From the NCBI GenBank assembly GCA_000320545.1, contig ADNK01000512.1:1-64000 (forward strand): a DNA stretch of 64,000 nt, written 5' to 3'. The notes below the pieces were generated by a model, which saw only the letters and a program-made list of their open reading frames with translations, was not told where the DNA came from and made no database searches. The translations under genes and the position numbers were made by a program. This DNA is from Bigelowiella natans CCMP2755. Taxonomy: Eukaryota > Protista > Cercozoa. Position 1 is the first letter of the stretch, and the number at the start of each line of letters is the position of its first letter. This document shows, piece after piece, positions 63,054-64,000 of the stretch.

Positions 63054-64000
63054 ATAAAAAGAAATTTAGATGTTCATATGAATGAATATACATATACATA
63101 TGGATTTGATGGAATACATTATAGGAGACGACTACACATCCTACTCTCTACGCGAACGCTACAGGACCAGTATGTCCCTATCCGTATACTTGCCAGATTA
63201 AGGCTCTTTTTAGCGATGAACATCGTTTTATCAAACACCATGCGGGATCGCCGGAACGTGTTTGTTGGCTTGCTTATGTTCCCGTCATCTTCACGCTCAT
63301 TTTCCTTCGTACCTGTTCCTCAGTTGACAAACCTCGCAAGGGCGATCAAGCCAACGCTGGTGATTGTTTCGACTACTATATTTTTGCTTCGCTTTGCTTT
63401 CTGGGCATATACTACTTATGGGTAGCAGGCAGCCATAGAGAGTGAATGGCCTGGTATTTCCTCCTCGCTGAGGAGCCATATTTGTGCCGCTGGGGCAAGT
63501 GTATCTTGTCGAAGTTCCCACATTGATGTAACAATGCTATGGCTTGCATATGATACAGGTGATCCCGACGAATGATTCCTGCTGCATCTGTCTGGTAACC
63601 GATGATGATGGAAATATTGTCCTTTCGTTTTTCTAAGTTATGGACAGGAGAGATTGTACTTCCGATTTATGATTCTTTTCCTACTCTCTTCCTCGTCTCT
63701 GCCCGCCTAAAGTGCTTTTCGCTTCGATGTGCAGCCCCCGTATCCGTATTGTATAGACAAGGCTAAGGCGGAGTACCACCAGAAGGAAATCCGTAAGCAT
63801 TTGGAGAATATAGCATGAAACACACGCAATGCAAAAAATATGAGTATCAGCACGTAGGCTGGTGTTATATAGTTCCGAGAAATTTCGATGAATTTGTGGC
63901 CAAAGCCATCATTCTTTTCTTACTCTTTGGTGCTACTACCATTCACCTTCCTACCTTTGCATATGTCAGAGGCTGCTGCAGAGGATCTAACAACGGGCTA
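62169..64000 (+). CDS. ABC transporter subfamily A, 5' portion (truncated by the window edge; start uncertain)
   Basis: Spliced reading RQFSALVGKN|FRLKRRSWCQTLAE|LISPVAIAGLFVLGFSLS matches the ABCA N-terminal Q..AL..KN..LK.R.....E...P + TM1 signature. Confidence 0.7.

Overview
Nuclear DNA from an intron-rich, microsatellite-rich eukaryote, with GT-AG introns and CTAAY/CTGAC-type branch points. A flagellated protist is inferred; a chlorarachniophyte/cercozoan style genome is only a guess. About 15 protein-coding genes are recognisable, in order: a partial membrane-anchored hypothetical (-), a DENN plus F-BAR-like protein (-), an LMW-PTP-domain/coiled-coil protein (+), an intronless CCR4/nocturnin-type EEP hydrolase (-), a bacterial-type creatinase with 3 introns (+), meiotic helicase MER3/HFM1 (-), a small coiled-coil protein (+), DZIP1/Iguana-like (-), a GBP-family GTPase with a DEP domain (+), TRM13 (-), an ankyrin/polyQ protein (+), an intronless double-GH18 chitinase (-), NAA50-like (+), LTA4H/M1 aminopeptidase (-) and the 5' end of an ABCA transporter (+). 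No rRNA, tRNA, CRISPR array or intact transposon was seen. The main hidden signal is compositional. A ~1.2-kb tract (9458-10660) has no TpA dinucleotide while CpG stays abundant, and weaker TpA-eroded, TGCA/CATG-rich blocks sit at each convergent gene junction, where surviving TpAs are mostly in CTA/TAG context. Fourteen consecutive genes strictly alternate strand. Together these suggest a localised, context-specific TpA->TpG/CpA hypermutation ('reverse RIP') process tied to convergent termination zones. All gene models and counts were made by eye; gene ends are approximate where stated.
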